Source of the DNA: Lama glama
Taxonomy: Eukaryota
Assembly (NCBI GenBank): GCA_028534125.1
Contig: CM052816.1
Span: forward strand, 71,612,001-71,676,000
DNA: 64,000 nucleotides
Direction of reading: 5' to 3'
Shown: piece after piece, positions 13,314-27,310 of the stretch
How positions within the stretch are numbered: position 1 is the stretch's first letter
Layout of the letters: each line of letters begins with the position of its first letter
Position numbers and translations under genes: made by a program
The notes under the pieces: model-generated
The model's database searches: none
What the model was told of the DNA's origin: nothing
Seen by the model: only the letters and a program-made list of their open reading frames with translations

Positions 13314-14539
13314 TGTGGCATATATGTTAAATACATAACATTTAAATATTTAAATAATTATATGATGTGGAAAGTGGCCATTCAATCTGTTGGAATATAA
13401 TGCTCACCTTGAGTCTATACCATGAGGCAAAAGTACCAAATTTTAAAAGTTGCTCTTCCTGTCAAAATGCAGTAGTTGAGAGTACCGATCCTACTGTCTG
13501 AGTCTGCCAAAAACAAATCTAGCACAAGGCTGATGGCATGTTTTTCAAGATTAGTTTAGATTTTGCTATATTTTGTGGCTACTTACTCTACAGTCTCACT
13601 CACACGCACACACAGACTCAGTAATAATACTTCCTTCGGTTTGAGAGTGGCTTGTTTGTGGTGCTGCTTCCTAGCAACCAAAGACTCTGCCATCATGGTG
13701 TGTGTGCTTCAAAGGTCCCTACAGCATCTTATCTGTGCACCCCCTGGCTGCTCCTCTTCAGCAATCCATTGAGAACAGAGTACACTTTACAGCGCCTGTC
13801 ATTATCCATCATCGTCATAATTAGAAAAGTACAGAGTAACAGCAATGTTGTAATAATAAGAGGAAATCTATGTAACCGTATAAGATGTGGCAAAAAGTGA
13901 GGAAATATTGAAACACACAGACGCCTTTTTGAATCACCTATAAATTTAGTCACATGCCAAGTAGAGGTGGTATCTGCACTGCCTCTATAACTGCCCAAAC
14001 TTCTCTTGTATCTCCCACATGCAGTTTGGTTCAAGATGTTCACTCCACATTTACTGGAGGCAAAATTTCCAATTATATGCATGAGAATTGCGGATCCAGC
14101 AGGAGAGAAGGAAACCCCTTCAGAACTTAGCCCTTTTCTGCCAGACATCTAACCATCACACAACAGAGGATCATCCTTGAAGGCTACAACGTGTGGAGGC
14201 TCCTTACAGGCATCACATTTGCTTCAGTGAGATGGTATACCACTAAAATAGGCAGAAATTAATATACAAAAATTATGACTTTCAACAGACTGACATCAAG
14301 GAGTGTAACCTTGTGTTCTCCCGAGAGAAAGGAGAAATAAAAAAAAATCTGAACATAGTTCTATTCTAACTTGGAATTCTTAAATAAAAACCACCATTCC
14401 GTTAGTTTTTATACTGTTCCTGTTTCAAACACACAGGTGTACACCACACACTGGCTAGCCCTTAAACTTAACACAATTATTATTCTGTAGTGTAAATGTT
14501 GAGACATCAATCACAAATAGGAAATCCAAAACTAACCTA

Positions 14540-14720
14540 CAAAGGATCTCGTTTAATCCTCACAGAAATCCCAAATGTTAGGTACTATTGTGATCCCTGT
14601 TTTATAGATGAGACTATTAAGACAAAGAATTGAAGTGACTTCCTCCAGGTCAAACAGTAAGAGGTGGAACTAGGATTTGAACCAGACAGACTGGCTCCAC
14701 ACTCCACAGCTATACCATCT
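14540..14720 (-). mobile_element. MIR SINE
   Basis: tttaatcctcac...ctgttttatagatgag...aagtgacttcctccaggtca...ggaactaggatttgaaccagacag. Confidence 0.8.
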
Positions 14721-15784
14721 CCATTTTTTTACTGATCAGAACACATGTGTAAACATGTAAACAACAAACTTTGGACCTTTGGGGTTTGGTTTAGAAGAAG
14801 AGGAGGGGTGAAGATTGCAAACAATATTATATGTGTAGTGAAGTATCAAATTAAACCCAAGCTGGGAGTCAGGTATAGTTGGCTATGTCTGGCAAATTGA
14901 TGGAGCAACAACAGGGCCAACAACTAAGAAAATGATGGAATTACGTTGGAGATCAAGATATGACAGATCCTAGCCATAGGGTTAGACTGGTAAGCGGTCA
15001 AAACCAACGTGGCAGAGAGGTGGGTGCACATGACCTCAGACTGGGCGAGCACACAGCCAGGATGACCAGGCAGAAAGTCAGCAAGAGCAATCAAGCTGTT
15101 GAATAAACCAACTATATTTCAGTTCAGATCTTTGACTCTAAGCTCTTTTAGATGACTTTCTAGTCACAGGGCCTGAATATGACAGGAAAAAAAAAAAAAC
15201 AGACTACACTAAAATCTTTGATGAGTTGAGCTCCTGACTGGGAAAGACACAAGTAAGCTCTTATCACCTTACAATGATCTAACACATCCAGATTATAGTT
15301 CTTTGGCAGAAGGAAACGAAGACAGGAAACAGTTGGAGTTGAATTATTTCATTGGTGATGGAAAACCCTGCTTCCTGGACCCTCAAAGCTGCCCTGGTTC
15401 CTTTCTTTCCAAATAACCAATTTTTCAACTCTGTTTTCTGTTCTGGCAGCTACAACATTATGAGTATGACTGCAGTATTGTATGTCATAAAATTTTTGTA
15501 ATGATTTGTTCATTAGCACATAGGCTAGGCTATACTGAAACAATCGTATCAATTACCCTAGGCTACCATAATGCAATCACATCGCTGCTTCTTTGTTATC
15601 AATGTATGAATGGTTAAAACTGTAAATAAATATGAATTTCTTTTTCACAGTATCTTTTCACCTTTGATGTCTAGTGTTAGTAATACTTATAATATCCTCA
15701 GTGTTTTGAATCATATAAGACAATATTGACGTAGGTACTGACAGACAATCTGTCTTGTAAACAGATGACATAAACTTATGGTAT

Positions 15785-16061
15785 CAATAAGTACAGTATG
15801 GTCCTGGAAATGTATTTTCTCTTTTTTGTGATTTTCTTAATAACATTTTCTTTTCTCTAGCTTACTTTATTGTAAGAATACAATATATAATACATATAAT
15901 ATACAAAATATGTGTTAATCAACTGTTTGTTATAGGTAAGGCTTCTGGTCAACCATAGGCTAGTAGCAGTTAAGTTTGGGGAGAGTCAAAAATTATATGC
16001 AGATTTTCAACAGTGTGGGGCGTTGGCACCCCCAACCCCTGAGCTGTTCAAGGGTCAACTG
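15785..16061 (+). mobile_element. Tigger1 DNA transposon 3' end
   Basis: gattttcttaataacattttcttttctctagcttactttattgtaagaatac...gttcaagggtcaactg matches the Tigger1 3' terminus and TIR as I recall it. Confidence 0.88.
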
Positions 16062-16420
16062 TTTTTGTTATTGTTGCCAAGTCAGAAGCAAGTAAGCTGA
16101 GAGTAGGATACATTTAAAGTTACTTTACTGAAATTGGGGAATCGTGTATAAAAACTGTTAAAAAGAAATAAGCATGAATCCCCAATAAAGCCCTGCACAT
16201 TGTATAGACTTGAGGGCCTCAGATCATGAACACATGATGGAAATATGTTGAGTATACTATCAAAACCAGTGGGTCTAGTCTTATCTTTAAATCAAAGGTC
16301 TACCCCTTATAAACTAGGTCTATTATTTATTATCTCTGCAACCTCAGTGGTCCCACCTGTAAAAGGAGATAACAGTAACTATTTTGCAAGATTGTTTAAA
16401 AGACCAAAAAAAAAAAAGTA

Positions 16421-16501
16421 TTATATAACTGTATACATTATATTTTGTATAGGAGGCAAATTATATTACTGTATCCATTATATTTTGTATAAGGAGGCAA
16501 A
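16421..16501 (+). repeat. 40/41 bp tandem duplication
   Basis: ttatataactgtatacattatattttgtataggaggcaaa (16421-16460) followed by ttatattactgtatccattatattttgtataaggaggcaaa (16461-16501). Confidence 0.92.
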
Positions 16502-16569
16502 GAGGTGGATAAAACAATTTAGAATGATTTTTCATTTAAATTACTTTTCACTTAAAAGTTATTTATTTT

Positions 16570-17460
16570 TGAAGTTTTACATTTAAAAGGCATCAATTAT
16601 TTTGAAAATGTATTACTACCTATGAATTAGAAATGCATACATAACTTTTTAAAAAAGCATCATAAATGCAATTCAAAGGCAAATTAAGAAATGAGGAAAA
16701 AACATATTTATAACATATACTACAAGGGATTGATAACCTTAACATATAAAGATCTAAAAATTAGTCAGAAAAGGTTGGGCCAAAGTCATGAACAAGGAGA
16801 TCAAAAAGAAGAATTACAACTGGACTATGTACATTTTTAGATGCTAATTAAAAAGAGTGGGATGATATTTTTAATTATGACCTTGAAATTTTTTGAAATT
16901 ATTGTAATGACCAGTGTTGACAAAGATGTGGGGAAACTGGCTCTTTTATACACTACTGGGGAGGGTAGAAACTGTCAGTCTGCCTGGAAGGTAAGTTGGC
17001 AAGTTACATCAAAAGGCACAAAATGCTGTTTGCTCTTTCATCCAGGAATGCTAGTGAATGTATACACGGATTAATAAAAAAAGAATTATCCATCTCTTTG
17101 AGAGACTGGAAATATTCTGAAGTTTTGCTCAATAGGGAAACTGTAAGTAAATTATACTTATGGTTCATTCACATGAAAGAGTATATATTGCCACATGCAA
17201 TCCTATAAAGTACATGTATTGTCATAAAGACATGATCATAGTATAAAGTTCAGGGAAAAGGAACATACTACATATTGTACATTATACTGCAATAGTAGGC
17301 TATGCTTTAAAATACTATATGCATGAGTGAAAACTAAGATGAAAATGACATAAATATGTGATAATAATTATTTGGAATGGATGATTCTCAGTTATTTCTT
17401 TTAGCTTATTTTAATTTTGTTTCTTTTTAACCTTCACCATGTATTGCTTTTGCAATAAGA
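16570..17460 (+). mobile_element. Old L1 (L1ME-like) fragment
   Basis: ccagtgttgacaaagatgtggggaaactggctcttttatacactactgg and degraded L1 3'UTR motifs. Confidence 0.65.
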
Positions 17461-17589
17461 AAACTGAAACAAATGTATATTGAGTTTTACAGAACCTGAA
17501 GATAAACAAGACCATTTATTAATGTATAAAATATATCTTTTAATAATCTCACCTTTACATAAGATTTTGGGTATAACACTTTTCCATAT

Positions 17590-17760
17590 GATATTGTCTG
17601 AAGCCTCTGTGACATATCCATTATCATCCCAATTTTAAGGATGAAGAAACTAAGTTGCTTGAACAAAGCTATCTCATTGATAAGTGACAAGGCTCTGTCT
17701 TCAGTGCAGTTCTTCTGAGTTTAAGGCCATGGCCCTTTCCACTGCACTGAGAGCTGCCTC
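17590..17760 (-). mobile_element. MIR SINE
   Basis: attatcatcccaattttaaggatgaagaaactaag...ccctttccactgcactg. Confidence 0.65.
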
Positions 17761-19789
17761 CCACTTAATCCCTGCATGGCAGTAAAAGAAGCCAACTGAG
17801 CATTAAAATATAGTATCTTAAGCATTTCTGCTCCAGATGCTTGTAGGAGCAAGCCAGCATATCATTATTTTTCATTTCATTGAGTTTTTTTAATGACAAA
17901 TTTTGACTGCAAACTCTTTCCAGAGTGGAGAGTTCAAATTAAAATGTCAGTTTTGATTCAGTGAAGATGCTTTACTTTCAAAATATTTAAGGAAAATATT
18001 TTCATTAAAACCAGGATGATTGGATGTTAGAGTATATAAATGTCATGATAAGTTCTACCATTTAGTAAAAAGATTTCAGGCCTTATTAGAAAAATTCTGA
18101 AACTTTGTAGCACAGGAAAATATTAGTCTCATTAAAAATACATACGTGCACATATATATTTACATAAATATTTAAAACGGATACAATAAGTTCAAGATCC
18201 GGATACTTTTAGTTTGCTGATGTCTATGACAAACAATCCAGTCTGTTGACAAGCAGTCCTCAACAATTATTGACAATGATAGTCTCCATTAGACTTCTCT
18301 TCACTAGTATCAATCTCACTGATGAACTGCCATGCATTTTGCTAAGTCTCATTTCTTTCCATATATACATATTAACTCCTTTGTAGTCCTTTTTTAAAAT
18401 AGGAGTTCAATGTAGACTTTTGAGGTTCACTTTAGTTTAAGTTGACAGTCTCCAGACAAACAAAATGAAATTTCTGCATATTTCTCTTTATTCAAAAAAA
18501 CTCACAATTTATGATATCCCCACCAACCCACCTCCAAATGGCTGAGATTTCACCAATAATTTTATTAGAGCCAGACCTTATGGGCAGTTTTGATTCAAAT
18601 TTAGTTCACCCATAATTGGGTACAGATCTCTCCGACCATGGTGCAAAGATCACTACTGGCTTAAAAGAAGAGGCTTTTGCACAAATTCCATTTCATCTCC
18701 CCTTCTTTCTCTCTTCCAGGACCTAGAATGATGCCCACTCTAGCTTTTTCACTCATTGCATCTTCTCCCCTTGCCTTCATTTGTCTCTGAAGTTTTCAGT
18801 AAGGATGAGAAGGAAAGGCCTTTTTGGTTCTTTCTCCTCTGAGAATTCCTAAGTACCCTTCTCCAGCCCATGGGACGCTAACTCAGGGCCAGGAGGTGTA
18901 AGTTGACGTCGTTGTCCCGGCACTGCACTACTTTCCTCTCCTCTCTTCCACCCTTCCCCTTAGCCTTCATCTTTATTCTTCTGCCTCTCACAAACACCAC
19001 CAGCTCTCCCTGAGATTTCCGCGATATGGACTGGTCCTTAGGGAAATTGAAGGAGGTCTCCCAATGACACATTCTGGATCATCACAGTCTCTGTTGCTTG
19101 TTTTGCTTTGTTTTACTACTTGGACCACTGCAAGACCCCTCCTCAGACATACACATGGCTTAGCAAGGGTGTTGAATAGGTCTTTATTATGAATGGTATT
19201 ACTGCATGTGTAAAGCCATTGAGAAAACACAATTACAAATATTTTTAACTCATTCAATCCAGTTGCCAAAATACTTAAACACAGGTAGTCTATCAAACTC
19301 CACCACATTTCTTTAACTATTGTCTTTAGACATGGCAAATCATGATTGGACTGATCCTCTGGGAAGCAAAGAGGATTTTGGTAATACTGAATTCTGGAAG
19401 GATTCTCTTTGTCAATCCAGAATTCAAGTAACAATTATTTATAGAGAACTTAGATTCTAGTACTATTCTAAATTCATTGAAGATTACAACAGAAAAATAA
19501 GACAAATTAGGTGAGAATTCAGGAGAAGTATACATAAAGAATTTAGAGAATAATGCAAAAATGTAAAATAGTGTATAATTAAAAGGCATTCACCAAGGTA
19601 AAAACTAGAAATACCAAAGAAATTTTCATAAGTGAAATACTGGTAAGGGAAGGTTTTGTTGAGGATATTGAACTCAAAATGGACCATGTGGATAAAAAAA
19701 CATTTCAGGAAAGGACATGTGAAAAGACACAGAGGTGGAAATTAACAACCATGTAAGAGACTGGAACTAAAAGCTATAAGAAGTAGATG

Positions 19790-20249
19790 ACTTTATTCAC
19801 ATGTCTCTTTTACACATATCCCAGGTGAGGAAATCCAAAGTAGCTGTAGATTCTTCCCTTCCCAGACCTAAAGTCTGTCTCTCCACCTCTTGGATCAGGG
19901 TTGTCACTGTGGTTTCTTTTGGCCCATGAACCCTTAGCAACCATGACACAAGCAGAGGCTTGAGAAACACGTGTACCTTGGGACTTGCCTCTTATAGTAC
20001 TTGGTATCCTGATACCACCATGGATGGAAAAGAACCCAAGCTAGCTTCCTGGAGGATGAACGATGAAATATCCCAAGGAGAAGTGAGGTGACACAGGACA
20101 ACAATCAGATAGCCTCTAGGCAAAAGCCTGCGAGCCAGCCAGCCAGTGATCTAAATGAGGCCAGCCAGCCTGCCAGCTCACCATGGACATAGGGGTCAGG
20201 GAAGCCAGCCCAAACAGAGCACCCTGCCAATCAATGGAATTCTCTCTCT

Positions 20250-20312
<63 letters not shown>

Positions 20313-20360
20313 TGAAAACTGGGATTTGGGGGAAACCTGGGGGAAAGAAGATACCAACAT
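19790..20360. mobile_element. Probable MaLR (MLT1-type) LTR containing a compound microsatellite
   Basis: gcagaggcttgagaaacacgtgtaccttgggacttgc...cccaagctagcttcctggaggatg motifs. Confidence 0.55.
20241..20310. repeat. Compound microsatellite (TC)5(AC)~15(ATC)10
   Basis: Direct reading. Confidence 0.95.
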
Positions 20361-20389
20361 AGAATAGACCTGTAGTGCTGGGTTTGAAT

Positions 20390-21740
20390 GGAATGTGTCA
20401 GTATAAATCTGTGATGTGACAGGATCTTAAAAATAAAATCTCCCCTGGCTCTTTCCATTTTGAAGGCTTAGAAACATGGCCTAATAGCAATGAGAACCAC
20501 TAGTTTCCAGATTGTAATCTTAAAATACGGTTTCCCACTAAAAGATATCTGAGCTCCTTAGAGAAGTAACTGATTGCAGGTTTGGGACAGAAAATGTACA
20601 TGACGACCCTGCGACATCTTGTCATACCAGGAAGTAAATAATGTTTTAAATACCATTAGGGTCATGTCAGAAGAATTCTGGACCCAAATTGAAGAGTTTC
20701 CCACCAGGCAAAGAAAGAACAACAATCAGAGAATCAACAACGGTAATGTTGCAATGGACTGGAATAGTCCAAACATGTCTAAATTCATAGTAACACTAAA
20801 TAAACAAATCAGTTAAAGAATTGAATTCACTGCACGATGCTAATGAACAAATTCATTATTTTGAAAACTGGGAAGTAAGAGAAAGAGTCATGTATCCTGC
20901 CTTTCCTGTTTAAACTGTGCCACTTTTTAAGCAACTGGTAGATGAAAGGAAATGTCTCTTTACAGAGGTATTCCAGCAAGGTAATGAAGAGAATATAGAA
21001 TACCATCATTTTGCAATTTCTATTAAATTACTCGCTTGAGGCAGTGCTCATCAGCGGTTGCAAAAATCTTAGTAAGAGAGAAAGCAGATATTATTTGCTC
21101 CTAATGGAAGAATAAATACATCACGACCTAGAAAGCTGATCTTGAAGAAAAAAAAAAACTGAAACCTAATCTTATGAAACCTCTGGATCTATCTATAGAT
21201 GACCAGAAAATATGACAAATGATACCATAGGAATGAAAACAGCAAAATGCAGAGTGAGGAAAACTCTTTAGGACAATAGTTTCTTGAACAAAAAAGAGAG
21301 CTAGAGAGACAAATGGAGAGAGAATACGCAGATTAAAAGAGTCAGACCAGCTGACCTTCATGTGTGGGCCTCGTCAAAACCCTGACTCAAACAATCTGTA
21401 GAAAACTGTACACACACACACTCACACTGAGGAAACAGTGACAAATTAAAACACAACTGGTTATTTCATGATATTAAAAAGTAAGGTTTCATGGCACTTG
21501 TACGTCCTTGTTTAGAGATACAAGCTGAAATGCTATGGATGAAATTGCATAGTGCCCCCAAGATTTGTTTCAAAATAATATAGAAGATGGGGAGGGTGGT
21601 AGGGGTACACGTGAAATGAGACTGGCAGTGACTTTTCAGTTGCTGAAGTTGGGTGATGGGATGGGAGCCTGGGCATTCACTATCTTGTTCTGCCTACTTT
21701 TATATAGATTTAAGTTTGTCTATAATAAAGAGTGAAAAAT
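20390..21740 (+). mobile_element. Old L1 3'UTR (L1MC-like)
   Basis: atggatgaaatt...gatttgtttcaaaataat...gttgctgaagttgggtgatggg...attcactatcttgttctgcctactttt...tataataaa. Confidence 0.65.
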
Positions 21741-22007
21741 ATATACTTTGATACAAAGGATTCACTCTCAGGAGTTGTAATTTAATTGGCCTGGGGCTCA
21801 GGTGACAGAGAGAAAGAGAGAGGGGAGAGGAGAAGAGGAAAAAGAAAAAAAAATGGAAGGAGGAAAGGAATGCAGGGAGGAAGGGAGGAAGGAAGGAAAG
21901 AAGAAGAAATAGCGAACTCTCCAAGTGATCCTGATGCACAAGCAGCCTGGGCTACAACCACTTGTCAACTCTCCAGCCATCCCATTACTTCCAGTGACTC
22001 CGTCTTG

Positions 22008-22165
22008 CCAGTGTTTCTCAGTGGTTCCACCAGAATTAACCAGGATCCATAATAAACATGCTGATTCCTGGGCTTCATCCCAGAGGTACTAAAACAGACT
22101 CCTGGAAGGTTGGGGAGGGACCTGGGAATATGGACATTTAATAAGCTTCGCAGGCCATTTGCCTT
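22008..22165. mobile_element. MER5-type hAT MITE (second partial piece at ~21915-21962)
   Basis: cagtgtttctca...atgctgattcctgggcttcatcccaga...ggacctgggaat...catttaataagct. Confidence 0.65.
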
Positions 22166-22189
22166 AAACTCAGGGAGAACCCCTCCACC

Positions 22190-22600
22190 ACTGCCCGATC
22201 TGTGCTCATCAGAGCTGGACCTCTCGCTGTTCCCTGCACATGGCCCTCATGCCCTCATTCCCATGACTGTGTCCATTTTACGCCTTCCTTCTTTCACCTG
22301 AAATGCCTTCCTCTTATCTTCATCCAAATCATACCTACTCTATAACCAAGTACCAAAATCACCCATCCGTGAAGACTAATCCCTTCAGTTGAAGTGATTC
22401 CTTCTTCCTGTGAACTTGGATTTTCCCCCGGGTATAGGTTTATATCAGTTTATATATAAAGCTTTAGCTCCCTTACTCAACAGTAAGCTGCTTTGGTCAA
22501 AGGGCTTTTGTGCATACTTCTGTAATCTCACAGAATTTAGACGTTGTTATGAGTTCAATAAACATATATGAAATCAACGGAGCCATGAATGCATAACAGC
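22190..22600 (+). mobile_element. LINE-2 3' fragment
   Basis: cacctgaaatgccttcctc...gtaagctgcttt...gagttcaataaacat...atgaatg. Confidence 0.55.
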
Positions 22601-23084
22601 TGACAGTGTACAGAATACTGATCCAGGAAGCTCTTCTCCAAAGGACTAGCCAACATCCCCATTGCACCTTTGGTATACAAAGCAGCCCCTGTCAAGATGA
22701 GGTGGTACGGAGAGGAAGGCAACTCAAGATAAATGACTATCGACAATTCTTAAGAATCAGCTAAATCAGCTCTAAAAGCTTAACTACTTTCTAAATCAAA
22801 ATGCCATGCTTACCATTTTTACAAACTCAAGAAATTGGTTTAAAGGAAAATATTTCAAAGTACTATTTTGCATATAATAACTGTGTCCAAAAAGTACTGA
22901 ATATCCTAAGAGGCCATGTTTGATAAAAATGTAAATAAATATGCCTTTATGGATAAATGTGCTTCAATTTTATGAGGCTTCTAAAGAAAAGGGAATTGTA
23001 TTCATAAAGCCCTCTACTTCAGATTCCCGAAGGAAAGGAAAAAAAAAAAAACCCTTTCAAAACTCTGACTGGGAGGTTTATCAT

Positions 23085-23270
23085 TATAAATTAACGCCTG
23101 GCACTCACTGAGTGCCTGCTGTGCTCAGCAGTTTATCTGATTCTCTCAGTCAGTCTCCTGTGAGTTAGGATTATCCATGATTTATCGAGAAGAACAGTGA
23201 GACCTGGAGAGGTTGAGTAACTGCCCAAGGTCACTCAATTGGCAGAAATGGGATTCAAGCCCCCATATGT
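23085..23270 (-). mobile_element. MIR SINE
   Basis: cactgagtgcctgctgtgc...agaggttgagtaactgcccaaggtcac...gggattcaagccc. Confidence 0.8.
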
Positions 23271-23399
23271 CTCATTCTTTCTTTCTATAGACCTCTGCTT
23301 TCTTAGAAATCTGCTGACCATTGAGAGTAAAACCACAAATGCTGGGGAAAGGGATACGGAAGGGGGGGTGGCTCAGTGGATGAGAGATAAGATGAGTGA

Positions 23400-23585
23400 G
23401 TGGAGGGCTTTGCTGTGAGGCACATCTAGGTTCATGTTTACAACCTTCCCTGTACTGAACCTCTCTGATCTTCAGCTTCCTTTTCTGTAATAATATGGAC
23501 CATGTGGAGTTGTCAGGAGGAGTGTGTAAGATGGCAGGCACCTCTGAGGACCCTGACTCAATAAATGGAAGATATTGGTAAAAAT
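23400..23585 (+). mobile_element. MIR SINE
   Basis: ctgaacctctctgatcttcagcttccttttctgtaa...ctcaataaatggaag. Confidence 0.7.
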
Positions 23586-23766
23586 AGCCAGCGTGGTCAA
23601 CTTTAGTCCTGCCGTGAACAGGGTGTCCTTGTAGGTTTCTCATTACTGGGCTATCAACTAATTCAGTGAAATGAACTGACTGATATTTCACCCATCACAG
23701 ATTCGGCTGAAATCACATCATACCACTGTTCTTTGGGGAATTTTCTTGTCAAATATCTTAAAGCAT

Positions 23767-23771
<5 letters not shown>

Positions 23772-23801
<30 letters not shown>
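23772..23801. repeat. (AC)15 microsatellite
   Basis: Direct reading. Confidence 0.95.
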
Positions 23802-23805
<4 letters not shown>

Positions 23806-26800
23806 TTAACAGCTTGTAAAATTTAAAAGACTTCACCTTCATTTAATCTCAAACTCATAAGCTAAACTGCTCTCAGCAACCTCACTCTACTTGATCTGCC
23901 ATTTAGGCGGAAAGCTCCACTCTGTGCACAAATCTTGCCCAAAGGGATGTGGCCCAGGAAGGGTCAATATAGTACACCTGTCACAATTCGCCTCTCCAGC
24001 AGGCCTCTGGCATCCAGGGATAATGATGATCATTATTTTTCCTAAAGAAATCTTTCCTAAAGGCTCAGACTGGGCAGAAGGGAATGGTCTCAGGATGGAC
24101 ACTCAGCATGCCATTCCCCTTTCATCTGTCTTTCCCTCCCTAATTTGATTGGTTTTACCCTGAGCCAAGGTGTCTACCTCTTAGGATTCCAAGTTCAGAA
24201 GAAAAAAATTCTTTTCTAAAACCCGTCTGTACCATCCATCCAGGAGGTACAGATGAGGTTTTATGGAGGGGTCTTGAGTCCATGGTTAAATTCTGAGGTG
24301 ACTCAGTACTTAGAGATGCAAACTCTTCTGCCTACAAACTGGTGTGGTGTTTGAGTAACTGAGTCAAAAGTCAGAGGTACCAAGAGGGAGACTGAACATC
24401 GCTGATGATTTATCATTTCGTTGACCAATGACAGCCACAGGCATTATTTAGAGAAAAATATTTACAACCTATACATTGTTTGTGAGAAAGATAAATTACA
24501 AAACAACATAAACTATTTGTCATTTGTGTGTTTCTGTGCACAATCTTTAGTCCTTGAAACAAAATGTGTCACTAGCACCTTCCTGGGCTTGAACTGAAGA
24601 ATAAAGTAACACAATTAAGTGTTTATTTATAACTTAGAAATAACTTTACAAATATTTGGACAGAATGATTCAGATATCTGCACTAATGAGCATACATACT
24701 TCTTCAGGCCGATAGTGTGGTTCTCATATGTCCACAATGGCTGAAAATCTTCTGCTCTCTAGGGGAATCTCACATACGAATTCGTGGGGATACTTTTATC
24801 CTCCCCTCATTCACAGAGAGCTAGGTTTGAAGAGCCTACCCTTTTAATATAGTACAACATTTCTTAAAGCTTAAGATCATTTATGTTTTTCTAAAGATAT
24901 GCTCAGATGTTTATACTTTTAATAATATGGCTATTTTTTACAGAAAATACAGAAAATATAAGACATTCATATGATATGAAGAGACGACTCTTGCTATGGA
25001 ACCTGCACTAAAACAGGGTTTTTATTGTTAAAATTTTTCCTGAAAGCACTCTGCATTTATGAGATTAAACTGCTGTGAAGTCTGTTTTTATCTATTCCTG
25101 AAATTATTTTGTCACTCTCTTTAACTATCTAAGTATTCTTTACAGTCAGAATTAAATACCCAGACCTATCATTAGTATTCTTATAAATCATCAGTAGAAA
25201 ATCTGTTTACCAACTAAAAAGAGACAGTATCTTCTTAAACAGAGGATGTCCTACAACTGGAAACAATGCATAATGTAAATTACACATTTTCCCCAATGGG
25301 TATTTTCTCTCTTAGAATGATGCAGAGGAAAAAAATTCTAACCAAATAGGCAAGGAAATCTTGGTCATGCTTCCAATACAAGGGCTTAAGCTTTCTTCGG
25401 TGCTCCTGTATGCTTCGACACTGGTTGCTGAGTAACATTAGCATAATCCTGAATTATTAAGAAAATTAGAGGTCAGATTTACTTTACAGGAGAATTCAAC
25501 CTAGCTGAATCAGGACCGAGAGGGTCGCAGCATTCCAGATGTAAGCCTGGTGGTAGGTGTAAAGTGCACCACATGTAGAGAATGTGCACAGTAAGGAAAA
25601 AGACAAATTACCCAGAGCTATTACTGTCATTAGTTCCATCAGCCTGGGAAGCCCTCCCACGGCATTTTCAGTGTAGTGTGTGGAGCAGGCCTGGGGCTTA
25701 TCACATCTCGCAGGGGGTCGTCTTCTGCCGGGCATAGTCACATAGCTTGACATTTCAGTTAAAAAAAAAAAAAAAGTCTGGGCCTTCATTCTCCACGCAG
25801 GCTTCTGTTCCCAGCTCTACAACCAGTAGCTCGAATAAAGGGAGCCAGCCCGCTGAAGGCTGCAATCATTTATCCTGATGATGGCAGAGTTGCTAGTCTC
25901 TCTAGAGGTGCACACTGTCCTTTTACACGATCAGGTTTAAGCCAGGCACAATAAACCTGTGCTAGTACATTGTACCAGACGCTCCTCTGTGCGTTGTTTC
26001 ATTAACCTTTTGAATATTTTGCCGTAATTAAAAGGTTAGGAATCTTTGCCACAGGAAATGTGATGAAATAATGAAACGTACCCAATAATGTTAAATGGAG
26101 TATTGCATTTAGACGGTGCAATGGTAACCAAAGAGAAAGGCTTAAGGAACAAACAACTGATATAACAAAGCCATTTTCCCAAGATGTTTTTGATTCTGGA
26201 AGTGCATGTAATACTTCTTACGGGATATTAAGCAGAAACAGCAGAAAACAACGTTATAATCATAATGGTGTAAGAATTCGTGCTTGTGGCAAGTTATATG
26301 CAAAAAGAAATGGGTTGTGCTAGGTAGGCTGGTATGATTTTTAACAACTGTCTTTGAATCATTTGCTAGAATCCCTTTAATGTTGCAGATTCTCCTCAGT
26401 GAAAGAAAGCCAGAAAGAAAGCCACAGAAGTGTATGTATACAAGTCCTCATAAAGAAACTGTAACCACAGAAAGGAAAACAGATGTGAAAATATAAAAAA
26501 CAAGAAAAAAACCTAAAGACTGAGCATTCATCTCAGCAGGGAACAAAGAAAAAGATGCAAAGAACCAAGCCAGTTCATTCAAGAGAGCAAGACTTCTCAC
26601 ACCCTACATCATATGATAATAATCCCACAGATACGGTTTATTGCTTAGCAGGAACACATCAAACTAGTCCAGCAAGCCTTTCCTAAACGTGTGGAAACTG
26701 GAGCTCAGAGAAGCTAAGTAACACGTCCCAGGTCAAACAGCATGTGTTCATATCCAAGAGTACTGCCTGACTCTGTCTTTTACCACTAAATTGCATGTCT

Positions 26801-26934
26801 CTCTCTCACCGTTTTATTAAGTTCCAGTCATTCTGGAGAAATGGCCCTCTTTTCTGTTCCTCCCTCACCATTAGCCCTGAATAAAGCAGCACAGTCCTCA
26901 TCTGACATTGGCAGTCCTGATAGTCACTCATACT

Positions 26935-27310
26935 TTAATTTACATACAGTAAATAAATATTTGAGTACTTGCTCTGCATTGGGCTGGTTCTGGGGATACA
27001 AAGCTGAAGAAAACAGACACTCTGGAGGCCTACAGACCAGGAGCAGATACAAACGTGCAAGCAGGCAAGCGCCGAGTGCCATGGGAGCACAAGGCTGGGC
27101 CACAGGACTTCGGCTTCTTGCGGAAGGAACCGGCATCTGAACTGAGAAACTGAGGGACTGGTTGGGATTAGGCAGATGAATGGTCATCAAAGGAAATAAC
27201 CTCTGCTGAGAGCCAAAGTCGGGGGGCAGACAAAAAGAAGACAAAAACAAAACCAAACAAACATGGCGCATTCCAGAAGCTGAAAGGAACCCGTACCGTA
27301 TAGCTGGACT
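26935..27310 (-). mobile_element. LINE-2 fragment
   Basis: aataaatatttgagtacttgctctg...ctggggatacaaagctgaagaaaacagac...gagtgccatgggagcac. Confidence 0.65.

Noticed and set aside
13729..14148. 139 aa minus-strand ORF
   Set aside because: No recognisable family, splice context or codon bias; length compatible with chance.
18988..19434. 148 aa minus-strand ORF
   Set aside because: Non-ATG start and no recognisable protein similarity.
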